From positions 6,181,337 through 6,245,336 of the forward strand of contig NC_052172.1 in assembly GCF_902713615.1 (NCBI RefSeq): a stretch of DNA of 64,000 nt, in the 5' to 3' direction. The notes below the pieces were generated by a model. That model had not been told where the DNA came from, made no database searches, and worked only from the letters and a program-made list of their open reading frames with translations. Source of the stretch: Scyliorhinus canicula. Taxonomy: Eukaryota. This document shows positions 52,493 through 64,000 of this stretch, piece by piece (the first letter of the stretch is position 1; each line of letters begins with the position of its first letter). The position numbers and the translations under genes were made by a program.

Positions 52493-52889
52493 CACATCAA
52501 CAGGTCAGTTTACAACAACGTGCTCCGTTCGGCATTAGTGTAAGGCTGATTAAAGCACAAAGAACCCCAAAGCAGTTTCCAGACAATCAAATATGTTTAG
52601 ATAGTGATCACTATTTGGTTGGCGCTGAGACGAATTTCGCTAGGAAATCAAATTAAACATTTGTGTGATCTGTGACCAGACAATTTTTATGTTGGTTGAG
52701 CGACAAATACCGGTCAGGAGGTGTGGGGATGAAGATTTCCACAAATGACACAAAATGATTCATTCTTGCCCTGGTTGGACAATTCCCACGCCCATTACGA
52801 TGCTCCATCCATTATTACAATGAGATGTCGACTCCTTCACCCCGCTGCCACTGCTGTTCTGCTGATCTTCCACTAGGCGAGCAGGTCGA

Positions 52890-52928
52890 GGTTTTTGTAC
52901 AGCGACTGCATTGCATTTCATCACCGTG
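52890..52928 (-). other. 3' D-beta 23-RSS
   Basis: On the minus strand: CACGGTG + 23 nt + ACAAAAACC. Confidence 0.97.
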
Positions 52929-52941
52929 TCCCCCCTGTCCC
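52929..52941 (-). other. TRBD: D-beta gene segment GGGACAGGGGGGA
   Basis: Flanked by a 12-RSS upstream and a 23-RSS downstream; core matches TRBD1 (GGGACAGGGGG); all three frames open (GTGG / GQGG / DRG). Confidence 0.97.
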
Positions 52942-52969
52942 CACGGTAATTTATAGTCATACAAAAACA
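52942..52969 (-). other. 5' D-beta 12-RSS
   Basis: Read outward from the coding end: CACGGTA + 12 nt (atttatagtcat) + ACAAAAACA. Confidence 0.95.
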
Positions 52970-53041
52970 ACCTGAGCGGTTCCATGCCCCGCCTCTTTAT
53001 CTCGTGGTGTGATTTGAGGTTGAGATATTGAAAACTGATAA
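52950..53041 (-). promoter_or_regulatory. Putative D-beta germline promoter (PD-beta1-like)
   Basis: TATAAAT inside the 5' 12-RSS spacer, GC box CCCCGCC (52987-52993), GATA sites AGATAA (52997-53002, minus) and TGATAA (53036-53041, plus). Confidence 0.55.
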
Positions 53042-53960
53042 GATCTTTGGAATGTCGTAGAATTATGTTCAGTGCCTTGCCTTTCTTAAATGGGAACAAT
53101 TGATGGCTATTCGTCGGCTGGTGCCTCTTGGATAGGGACAGGAGGAGGATATTCACCTCTTTGGTCCAGATATGTTCGAACACAGGAGGGACTCATTAAG
53201 GTCAATGCACCTTTTTACAAAGAAAGCAGAAAAGGTCACCAGCCCCTCCTGTCTGTCATGCAGAGAGAGAAAGACCTTTTATCCCTTGCACCTATTGCAC
53301 TGGAATAGCAGGAGCTCACTCAATCCATCTTGAGTCTGTTGCATAGGAATGGAGGCAGGCCATTCCACCAATACCGGTTGTTGAATAGGTGGTCGTCATT
53401 CAATATTTGACCTTCTTGGACAGGTTTAGGTGACTATTCACTCCTTGAGCAATTGCATAGAAACAGGGGGAAGGTATCCAACCATTAAACACTCGTCCGT
53501 CATTTCGTCTTCACTGTCTTCCTTTGCGACTTCCTCCCCTTTTTCCCACCATTCTTCCGACCTCATCCACCAATCTTACATCCTCTCCTCGTCCTCTTTC
53601 TGCATTGTTTTCATCGTATTTACAATATGATAGATCTTAGGATCTACCCGGCACCTTCCTTTAATAACCACAAATCGTATATTCAGCTAATCATGCATAC
53701 TGTGACGTAGTAACACACATGAACAACTGTCATGTTGATGTGTGGTGATGTTCGCATTTCCGTTCATTTCTTTACCAATTGTTCCGCGTCACAATGCACC
53801 TGCACCCAAAATACAACATTGTGAGGACTTCTATTTTCTTCTATTGTTTAGCTTCTTAATATACAGCTAAACGCAGCGCGACGTTCTTGCTTGAATAGGT
53901 TGCAAGATGTACCTAACAGATAACAGAGGCATTGAAAACAGAAGTAAAGCCGAACTATTT

Positions 53961-54184
53961 ATTTTATTTATTTATTTTTTTATTTTTTTAAATTTAGAGA
54001 GCCCAATTCATTTTTTTCCAATTAAGGGGCAATTTAGCGTGGCCAATCCACCTATCCTGCACATCTTTGGGTTGTGGGGGCGAAACCCACGCAAACACGG
54101 GGAGAACGTGCAAACTCCACACAGACAGTGACCCAGGGCCGGGATCGAACCTGGGACCTCGGCGCCGTAAGGCAGCAGGGCTAA
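53961..54184 (-). mobile_element. Short A-tailed SINE, 5'-truncated, with 15-bp TSD
   Basis: TSD AAAGCCGAACTATTT at 53946-53960 and 54185-54199. Confidence 0.9.
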
Positions 54185-54796
54185 AAAGCCGAACTATTTG
54201 CAGTAAATGCGATTGTGGAGTTGCACAAGTAAGTGTGTTTCCTTTGCTCTTTCGAAAATATAGAATACAGTGTGAATCTATTGTTGCTTACAAATGTTTC
54301 AGGACAGAATAGACGCATGGCAGCTGTGGCATTTGGTATCATTTGGAATAATGTGGGCAATGATGGTATAGAACCTGCAAAAGGAAAATGGAGAGAGTGA
54401 GAATATGCTGAAAATATTGCAAGAAGCTATTTAATCCATCAGGACAATCAAAGCAGACTCTATTTTAGGGAAACTAAGTGTTGATAGCAAACTAATGGAG
54501 TTTTTGAAAATTCTGCCGTTTCCCATAAGATAGACGTTGAGAAGATTGTTCCATTTGTAGCGGATGCAGAATTGTGTATATGAGCAAAATACTGCGGATG
54601 TTGGAATCTGATCGAAGACCCGAGGATGCTGTAAAACGCCAGAAGGTCTGCTAGTATCTGTAGTGGAGAATGCAGAGTTACCGTTTCGAGTCCATTTTGT
54701 AAAAATAAGCTGGTCATCGACAATTTCCATTGAGAGTTTATAAGAACCGTTTTTATCGAAAGACGGGAAGAATGTCCAAGAGGGGCTGGTTTAACA

Positions 54797-54900
54797 CTGG
54801 GCAATAAATTGAAAAAAATCTTTGAGTAGTTGTGGGTGGTGCGGGGGGCTGGGCAATAAATTGAAATAAATCGTTGAGGAGTTGTGGGTGGTGCGGAGGG
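54797..54900. repeat. 52-bp tandem duplication
   Basis: ctgggcaataaattgaaa..aatc.ttgag.agttgtgggtggtgcgg.ggg twice. Confidence 0.9.
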
Positions 54901-56459
54901 GGAGCGATGAAGAGAGAGGTGGAAGTTCATCCTGTACAGTCTGCTTCTTTGAGACCGGTTCATGGTATTTGGTAGAACTCCCCCGGCCTGCTTCCCTTCA
55001 AATCTTGTGTATGCGATACATTTTATCCGAGCGGAGATGACAGAGCAGCCCTTGCTTCAACGTGTTCTCCACAGAAGAGCAATCTGGACAATGCAGAGAT
55101 CCTCAAAGCTTCCCCTCAGATAGTGCTGCCCTCCTCAGTACTAACCCTCCGACACTAAATCTTTCCCTCTAAACAGAGCAAAAGTAATTCAATATTGAAT
55201 AGCTCTATCCGTACTGCTACTAGCTATATCTGTATGGATTCACTCTAAAGTACCTGGAGTGGAAACTAGGACCTGGCAATATTTTGACTCAGAGGCGGCA
55301 GATTTTCCAACCAAGCCGCGGATCCTACTCTAATGGACCCACTTATTCTAAGGAGTCGAAGATCTATAATGGCTTTCTGTTTGTTTGTTGAGTGACGTTT
55401 GCAGTTAACTTGTCAAGTTAAAAGTCCACAATTTGAGAAGGGCAAGTTACTCACAATCCTGATTTGCAAATGCATCGCCGTCCCTCATTGTCCATGCGTC
55501 AAAAGCCTGCACGTTCCTCCTTTCCAGCTCTATGATGTATTTACAACATATGGACAGCAGCGGCTCAAGACGGCGGGTCACCAATACCTTCTCGAAGGCA
55601 ATTAGGATTGGGTAATAAATGTTGGCTTCCCCAGCAGCATACACATCCTGTGAACGAATACATTTTTAAAAAAGGACCGAGTTCTTTGTTTTTAGTTTAT
55701 TTGGCATTGAACAGGCTCTCAGCCCATTGGAGAAATTCGGGGCATGTGAAGACGTGGGCGGTGGATGGCGCTATTGTTTCAATAACAGTTGTAATTTCTC
55801 CATTCCTGCCCTTTGCTTTGCTCTGCCTGTAACTTGAGTTCTCCAACCCCTTCCCCAAACCCCTTCCCGAAACCCCTCCACCTCGCCACCCTCCATTAGG
55901 GTGCTGCTCAAACGTTAACAAGATTCGGTTACTCGTTCAGAATATTTTTTCGTGTTACTCGGTGTCAAATGCTGGCTGAATTACGCTCCTTGTGACATTT
56001 TGACTATGTACGATCAAATAACTATATGAATTGTTGCAATTTATTGAATTCTCATATGGATCTGTGGATGAGAGTCCCGATCAACTTGTGAACATGATGC
56101 CACTTGTCTTTAGATCTGCAAAGCTACTAGTGTAGAAAACCGCGCGTCAACTGATTTTTTCGCCTTTGGTGGGTTTGATACAGGGGGATGGGATGTTTTT
56201 CCTTTGAACTGAGGTTTGCGACAAGGAACGCGGAAACAAATCTAACAAGGAGCTCGGAAAAGCTATCGAAACGATGGTAATGAGGTTTACAATTAACTGT
56301 CAACACATGACGCAGAAATATAATAAGATAAACAAATGCATGGTGAAGTGTCGGTGTCCATCAGCTTCCGCCCCAGTGAAATAAAAACAAAGCACTACGG
56401 GTCCGGGAAATATGAACATAACGTAGACAATGCTGGGAATATATAACAGATCCGGATAA

Positions 56460-56876
56460 GGGACTGTCGATTTAGGTAATGTCCAGGGAAGAGACTGTCC
56501 GATTAGAGAACTGTCCTGATAGGCGATTATCCAGACAGGGGGCTGTCCAGAAAGGGGAATGTCAGGGAAGGGACTGTCCTGTTCGGGGACTGTCCCGATA
56601 AGGGATTGTCGAGGTATGGGAATGTCCGATTTGAGATCTTCCCCGATAGAGGATTATCCAGGTAATGGACTGTTCGATTAGAGAATTGTCCCGATCGGGG
56701 AATATCCAGACGGGGGGCTGTCCAGAGAGCTGAATGTCCAGGTAAGGGACTGTCTGGCTAGGGGACTGTCCTGATAGTGGATTGTCCAGGTAAGGGACTA
56801 TCTGATTAAGGAAATGTCCCGATACGGAATTGTCCACAGCAAGGACTGTCCAAATAGGATTGCCATATGCAGTATC
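56460..56876. repeat. Degenerate 16-bp minisatellite (about 26 units; core GGACTGTCC)
   Basis: Successive units such as ggactgtctggctagg, ggactgtcctgatagt, ggattgtccaggtaag, ggactatctgattaag. Confidence 0.85.
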
Positions 56877-59800
56877 TGTCGACAGAGCAGCAGGGATAGG
56901 GTTTGAAGTCAAATGCAAAGTTCTGACGAAAGGTCAAATGCTTTGAGATATGTCAAATCTCTTTGCTCTCTCCAAGGTAGGTTCCTGAGAGTTTCCAGGG
57001 TCTCAGTTTTGATTTCGTCCGCCACATCTTCCTCTTTCCTGTCACTCTGCCAACGTCGTCAGCATGCTCGCACTGTCCATCTTATTCTGTGTCATTGAAC
57101 TCGTCTGACAAGACTCGTGTGTGATAATTCATCAAATATCTTTTCACATTTGTTGAAGGTGGAGAGTTTTGCAGGCAAACAGGCCCTAGTCCCTATCACA
57201 GCAGATGATCTACAAACGGGCGCACGGTGACATAATAGTTGGCACTGCCTCCTCACAGCGCATGGAACCAGGTTCCATGTCACAATGGCTGACTGTTCGT
57301 GTGGAGTTCGCACGTTCTCCCCCGTCTGAATTGGTTTCCTCCTGGTGTTGCGGTTTCTCCCATAGTCCAAAGATGTGCAGCTTAGTTGGAATTGCAACGC
57401 TAAACTTGCACCCTCGTGTCCAAAGGATTATGTTAAAAAATTGCGGGGATAGTGCATAGGCCTGGGCCTAGCTCAGATACTCTTTCAACGTACCTGATCG
57501 GCGGAATGGCCTCCTTCTACACTGTAGGGATTCTATGAAAATACTAATGGATACAACGAAGGAAGTGATGAAAACGTATTGAATGACATTATTATACAGT
57601 ACTAATGTTACGAGGTTTATGTAGATAAAATATGTGGGACAGTGCAGGTTAAGATAAATGGTATCACAATTGAAGCATCTTGTTTGTAAAGTTACTTTCA
57701 GAAATAAGTCGGAGCTGGAACAACAATGACAAATAATGTATACTCCAACTAGTTGGCCAGCATATCAATGAGAAGAGAGCTTAAGAAATGAACTAGCATT
57801 AATTCGGTTTGCGGTATCTTGCTGAACGGGACTGAAAGGAATGATCAATACTCTCAGAATTCTCCAGTGCCTCCTGCCACTGGGATAGTCTGGCCGCGCC
57901 GATAGTCAATGGGCTTTTGGCTGGGCCGCCAAATCTCCTGCTGCGGGTCCCCCCACAACGCAGTCGGAAAATCCGGGTTCTCTCTTGAACGGGAATGAAA
58001 TGAGAAACTGCAGGAAATCAGGCTTCCAAGAACTAAACATTGTGAAATGTCTTTCTGGAGCTCATTGGAAGATGTGAGCTGGAGCAATGTAGAAGTTCCC
58101 GGCATGGTGAAGCACTGAAATTCATTGTTGAATATCATCAAGAAATGGTTAAATCGGCCATGTTATGCGGCATGCGGACTTGCAGTTCAGATAATTAAAT
58201 GAACATTAGAGGCTCAAGACGGATCTTAGACAGTTTAAAATTGAAAATGGATGTTTCCCTTGAAAAGCTGAAGAGATAAATGTAAGTCCGCCAGGCATTG
58301 AGAAACGATTAGAGTACCTGCCGGTCAAATCAGTGCGACTACTATTGAAAGTCTAAGTACACTACAGCACCCGCATTTTCCTCTGGTACCTCAGTCGAAA
58401 GACTGGTTTAAGACTCTTGCTTTCTTGGTTAACCTGTAACGTGCTGATGGTCATAAAGGGCGTATTCGTAATGCGAATATGGGAGAACCTCAAACTAGCT
58501 TATATATGCGATCACCTCCTCAGATTTGTCTTTCTGTGGCGGCAGTTGTTCAGTGGCTAGCACCTCACATCTGAGACTGAGCTGTGTGGGTTCAAATAAT
58601 ACCGCAGAGACCTGAGTACACAATCAAAGCTGACACTTCAAGAACAGCACGGCGGACGATGTTGCAATATGGGAAGAGCAATGACATTGAACCCGGGGTT
58701 CCAGAGACAATAGAAACATATATTAGAACATCAGAATTCTTACAGGGCAGAAGCATACCATTCGTCCCAATGAGTGTGCACCAACCCTCTGAATGAGCCC
58801 CCCACCCAAGCTGACTGCACCACCCTATACCCGGACCCTCACCTAACCTGCACATCGTTTTATAACATAGTCAATCTGCTTAACCTGCACATGTTTGTAC
58901 CGTCGGAGGAAATAGGAGCACCCGAAGGAAACCCACGCAGACACGGGGAGAAAATGCAACCTCCACACAGATGGTCCCCTAAGTCCGGAATTGAACCTGT
59001 GATTTAGAAAAAAATGCTTACTAAATGTTAAATATTAACTAAATGCTCACTGAAACCGATCGGCTGGTGTTTATCACATTGTCCTTGGTGGGAGGTTGCT
59101 GTACAGCAATTGGCTGCTGCGTTTCCCAAATTACTGCAGCGAATGCACTTCATAAAAACGTATTTCAGTGTCTGTGGAGTTTTAGGGCTTGAAGAGGTAG
59201 ATAATATCGCAATACAATTATCAATAAGACACGCACGGTTGTGCTTTAAAATAAAGATTAGTAAAGTGGAGGAAGTACTTTTTTTTTGTTTTGTTATTTT
59301 ACCAGTAAAAGATGAGGCCATAACTGCCAGTACAATGCTGTCAGGTCGACAGAAAGTGCTCTTCTGTTGGTGGAACACGTTTGCGACGTGGTCCTCTTGT
59401 GGTGTTGGGGCGAACAGCAGGATTATTTGTCTTGCCATGACATTTGTTTTCTCGGTATGGTCTAGCTTTATATGGCGTAATAAAGCCACATTCGTAGTTT
59501 GAAAGGAACAATTTATTTTCTGTGAACATTGGAAGTCTTGCTGTGACCCTGCAGCATTTTGTTGACATTGAACCAAGAGAACTGCGCACAGGGTTTGACT
59601 ACTTAAGGAAGGATATACTTTTATTGAAGACTGTTCATTGCAACGTTTATTGGGTTGATTTCTGAGATTAATGCGTTGTCTTCGAGGAAAGATTTAACTA
59701 GCTGTGCCTATACTCAATCTTGCCAGAACGCCAAGGAATTATCACCCTTTCTGACAATAATAAAACGATGATCACCTGAAAAGGTCGGTGATTCCGATGC

Positions 59801-60759
59801 TTCATATTGTCTTTGGACAGATCAATCATTATTTTCATATAGACACCTGAGGGAGACAATGAATGCACGCAATATTGAGCCATTAATGAAAGAATTATGT
59901 CAGTCAAGAGCATTTTCTCATACTGCTGTTGCTGAAGTTGGGTCTTGACATGCAATATGTGTAGCATGTTTGAATTAACTCTGGTTGCAAAAACTCTTTG
60001 CCACTTAATACTTTCGTGATATTGTGCCTCAATTTGTTGACAGCGCCATTTATAGATTGCTTCTTTCGCTTTTATTCATTCATGTGATGTGGATATGCAG
60101 TTTCTATATTCATTCATTATCCATCATTGCTCCTGATAAGGTAGTGATACGCGGCCTCCTTGAATGCAACTGAGAAACTCATTCGCACATAACCTTTGGA
60201 CACTAAAGTTCAATTTAGCCCAGCCAATGCACCGAATCTGCTCATCTGATGGACTGTGGGAGGAAACCCTGCAGGAAACCCACGCAGATACGGGGACAAC
60301 GTGCAAACGCCACACAGACCTCCAGGTCACCCAAGGCCGCAATTGATCCAGGTCCCTGGAGATGTGAGGCAGCATTGCTAACCATTGTGCAACCGCTATA
60401 GAAAGTGAGGGAAATGGAACTTAATCTATTTGGTTTAATAATTCCTTTTGGGGGGTGGGGGGGGGGGGGGGGGGTAGGCTTTTCAAGATTGTAGAAATCC
60501 ATCCTTCTCTGGTTAAAATCTCACCCTAAGTTGTTTTTCAGGTAAATTGAGGGTAAAATAATAACTAGGGAAAGGGTCGGGCCCATCAAGAAGCACAGTG
60601 GTAATTTGTGTGTGGAGCCAGAAGACGTAGGTCGGGTTCCAAGTGAATATTTTCTCTCGGTCTTCACTCGTGTGAGGGCTGATGTAGAGATAGAAATCTG
60701 GGACGAGAACAACTGTGATAAAATTAAATAGATTAGCATAGGCAGAGAGGAGGTTCTGA

Positions 60760-62290
60760 GTGGCTGGCATGCTTAAAAGTAGACAATACTTCAGGGCCAA
60801 ATCAAGTTTGTCCCAGGCTGCTGAGTGAGGCAAGGGAGGAATAGCAGAGGCGCTGGCAATAATTTTCAATCCTCTCTAGTCACAGGAGAGGTGCCAGAGC
60901 TCTGGAGGACAGCTAATATGGTACCATTATTAACGAAGCGAGGAAGGAATAAACCAGGAAACTATGGCCAATCAATGTAACCTCAGTGGAGGGGAAATTA
61001 TTGGAAGCAATTCTGAGATACAAAATTAATGTACATTTTGAGAGGCGGAAATGAATCAAGAACAGTCAGCATTAATTTGTTCAGAGCAAGTCACGTCGGA
61101 TCAACTTGATTGAATTTGTCGAAGAGGTGACCAGGGGTGTATAGATGATGGAAATGCCTTTCACTTATTCAACTTGGACTTCAGAAAGATCCCACTTGGG
61201 AGACACATGGCGAAGGTAAGAGCCATGGGATCCAAGGACATTTGACAAATTGGATCCAGAATTGGTTGAGTGGCATGAAGCAGAGGGTGATGGTTCTGGG
61301 GTGCTTTTCTGACTGGAATCCTGTGTACAATGGTGTCACAGGCGGAACAGTTAATGAACCCCCTACTGTTTGTGGTTTCTATAAATTATCTACACATGAA
61401 TTTAGGAGGGTTAATCAATAAGTTCGCAGACGATACGATAATTGGTGGGGCGATAAACAGTGATGAGGATTGCCTTAGATTACAGGGGGATATAGATGGG
61501 TTGATGAGTGGAAAATTGATTTCAATCCGAATAAGTGTGAGGTGATGCACTTGGGCAGAAAAAGCAAGGCAACGAAAAACATGATAACTGGCAGGATCCA
61601 GGGAAGCACGGAAGATCAGGTACGTTGGTGTGCATGTACACCAGTCTCTTAACGTAGCAGAGGAGATTTATACAGTGGGTAAGAGGGTATACTTGCCTTT
61701 ATTAGCCGACGCCTACTGTTTGAGAGCAGGAAGGTTATGCTGGAACTGTATAAAATGTTGGTTAGGCCAGAACGAGAGTATTCTGTGCAGTTTTGGAATC
61801 CACATTATAGGACGGGCGTGATAGCACTTAACAGGATGCAGAGGAGATTTACCAGGATATTGCCTGGGCTGGAGAGTTTTAATTACGAAGAGCGATTGGA
61901 TAGACTGGGCTTGTTTTCCTTGGTGTAGAGGAGACTAAAGGGGAACATGAATGAGATGTATAGAATCATGAGGGGCATAGATAGAGTATGCAGAAGAAAC
62001 TTTTCCCCTTGGTGTGAGGATGGGTGGCTAGCGGGCATAGATTTAGGATAAGGGTTTAGAGAGTCTATGAGGGAAAATGTTGTCATCGAGAGGGTGGTGG
62101 GATACTGGAACTCACTGCCTGTAAGGTTGTTGGAGGCAAAGACCCTCGTAACATTTAAGAAGCATTTAGACATGCGCTTGCGATGTCAACGCATGCAAGG
62201 TGATGGGCCAAGTGCTGGAAAATAGGGTTAGAATACTGAAATGGTTGTCCTATACGAGTCCAGATGTGATGAGCCAAAGGGCCTTTTGTG
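60760..62290 (+). mobile_element. Old decayed CR1-clade LINE
   Basis: KFADDT and RMQRRFTRILPGLE fragments. Confidence 0.82.
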
Positions 62291-62819
62291 TGCGGTCAAC
62301 CTACCTGACGATATGAACGGAGTAGCAGGATTATTTGGGGTGTCTAAAAAAGGGACAATGTTGTGATGAGGCTCGACATCGGAGACAAATGTGCAGTATT
62401 TTGCACTTCAGGTTAATTGCTAACCAGTAATCATGCAAACATCACAAGACAAAGAAAGGTCCCAAAACAGCAAAGAGACGAACTTAATATAATAGCTGCT
62501 AAAAGTGCACTGTGATATTTGCCCCGTCTCGGAATTGGACTGGCGGAAAGTATTCTATCAACTGAATCTCAGTAATAATTTGCCACATTGCTGGGGCCAA
62601 CCTTCTGAATATGCAGAAGGCACGTATTATGGTGGGGTCTTATATAAAACATAAGTAATAGGAACAGAAGTAGATCTCTTAGCTATTCGATCTCGCTCGG
62701 CCAGAAACAGATCAGAGCTGGGATTCTGCTTCAGCACCATTTTCCTGCACTAGCACAATATTCCTCGAAGTTCCTAATATGTAGAAATCTATCTCTCTCA
62801 GTCTTGAATATGGTCAATG

Positions 62820-64000
62820 ACAGAGTCTCCGCAGCCTTCTAAGGCATAGACTTCATCAAAGGTCCACCACCCTCTAAGTGAAGAGATTCCTCCTGACCCC
62901 AGTACAAAATGTCCTGCCTTTTATTCTGAGACTTTATCTCCAGATTCCAGAGACCGTACCACCATAACCTAGACAATGCAAACATCCTTCCTGCATCTAC
63001 CCTGTCGAGTCCTGCAATAACTTTGTACGCTTGATTGCGAACACTTCTCATTCTTAAAAACGCAAGAGAATAAAGGCTCAGCCTATTTAATCGTTCGTCA
63101 AACACAATACCCCATCAAAGGAATTTATTTCCTGAATCTCTGTTGCACTTTCGCTGTGCCAAGTAGATCTCTTCTTTAGTAAGGAGACCAAAACTGCACA
63201 CGATGCTCTTGGTGAGGTTTCACTAAATGTTTTATATAATTTCTGTAAGACATCTTTGCTCCTGTAGTCAAATCACCTTATAAGAACGGCCAACATACCA
63301 TTTGCCTTTTTAATTCCTCACTCTACCTGATTTTGAAATTCCAATGACCCATGAACAAAGACACTTTAAGTTAACACCAGCCAGACTGTTTGCATTAAGA
63401 TATAACCCATATTTCAGTATTGTCTACCAAAGAGATTATTCGTACGTTCCTCCACGTTTATTCCATCGACCAAATTTGTAACCAATTTCTTTGTCCAAAA
63501 TCCCCTAGAAGCTGCGTTGCCTTTTCCTAAAAACTCACACGTCCTCGTATATTTTGTGCCATCTTGAAATTTGGAAATATTATCTTTAACCACCCGCCCA
63601 TTCACATTATTGATGTAGATAGTAAATTTTCGGGGCTCATGCGCCAATCCTTGCTTTGCCCACAAATCACAGCTTCACCGATCTGAACATGACAGACTTA
63701 TCCATGCTCTGTTTTTGTCCGTTAACCACTTCTCAGTATATGTTAGTATATTCTCCCAATTCTGTTGATTCTAATTTTGTTCACTAACCTTCTCAAACGC
63801 TTTTTTGAAAATCTAAATATACCACATTCACCGTTCCCTCCTGATCCATTCTGCTAGTTACATCCTCAAATAAACCTCCAACAGGTTTGTCAAACAAGAT
63901 TTCACTTTTATAGCTTTCATGTTAACTCTGCCCGATCCTATCATATTTTCTAAAGTGTATTGTTATTACATCCTTTATTATAGATTCCAGGATTTCCCGA
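62820..64000 (-). mobile_element. Old decayed CR1-clade LINE
   Basis: ERLNRLSLYSL and SKFQDGTK fragments. Confidence 0.7.

Noticed and set aside
56562-56918. 118-aa ORF with periodic content
   Set aside because: Translation of the 16-bp minisatellite; the period is not a multiple of 3.

Overview
Eukaryotic genomic DNA from a cartilaginous fish. The SINE/LINE content looks catshark (Scyliorhinus)-like, which is an inference. The window holds the 3' end of the T-cell receptor beta (TRB) locus. On the minus strand are one D-beta (GGGACAGGGGGGA, with a 12-RSS and a 23-RSS, 52929-52941), seven J-beta segments with 12-RSS (49364-52492) and a single four-exon C-beta gene (31160-24868). About 22 kb beyond C-beta, on the opposite (+) strand, are two V-beta segments with 23-RSS: one intact (701-1133) and one pseudogene (1952-2248). 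Both end in the CAW motif and resemble mammalian TRBV30/mouse Trbv31, the lone inverted V behind C-beta. They could only join DJ by inverting about 50 kb. A 532-N scaffold gap separates these V genes from the rest, so the orientation needs confirming. Candidate regulatory elements are an E-beta-like enhancer (about 17.9-18.3 kb), a D-beta germline promoter with a TATA inside the RSS spacer, and a CTCF-like site near the inverted V genes. The rest is mostly CR1-clade LINE fragments (one with an 893-aa open ORF2), tRNA-derived SINEs, DeuSINE relics, simple repeats and a 16-bp minisatellite. All motif calls were made by eye; no database searches were run.
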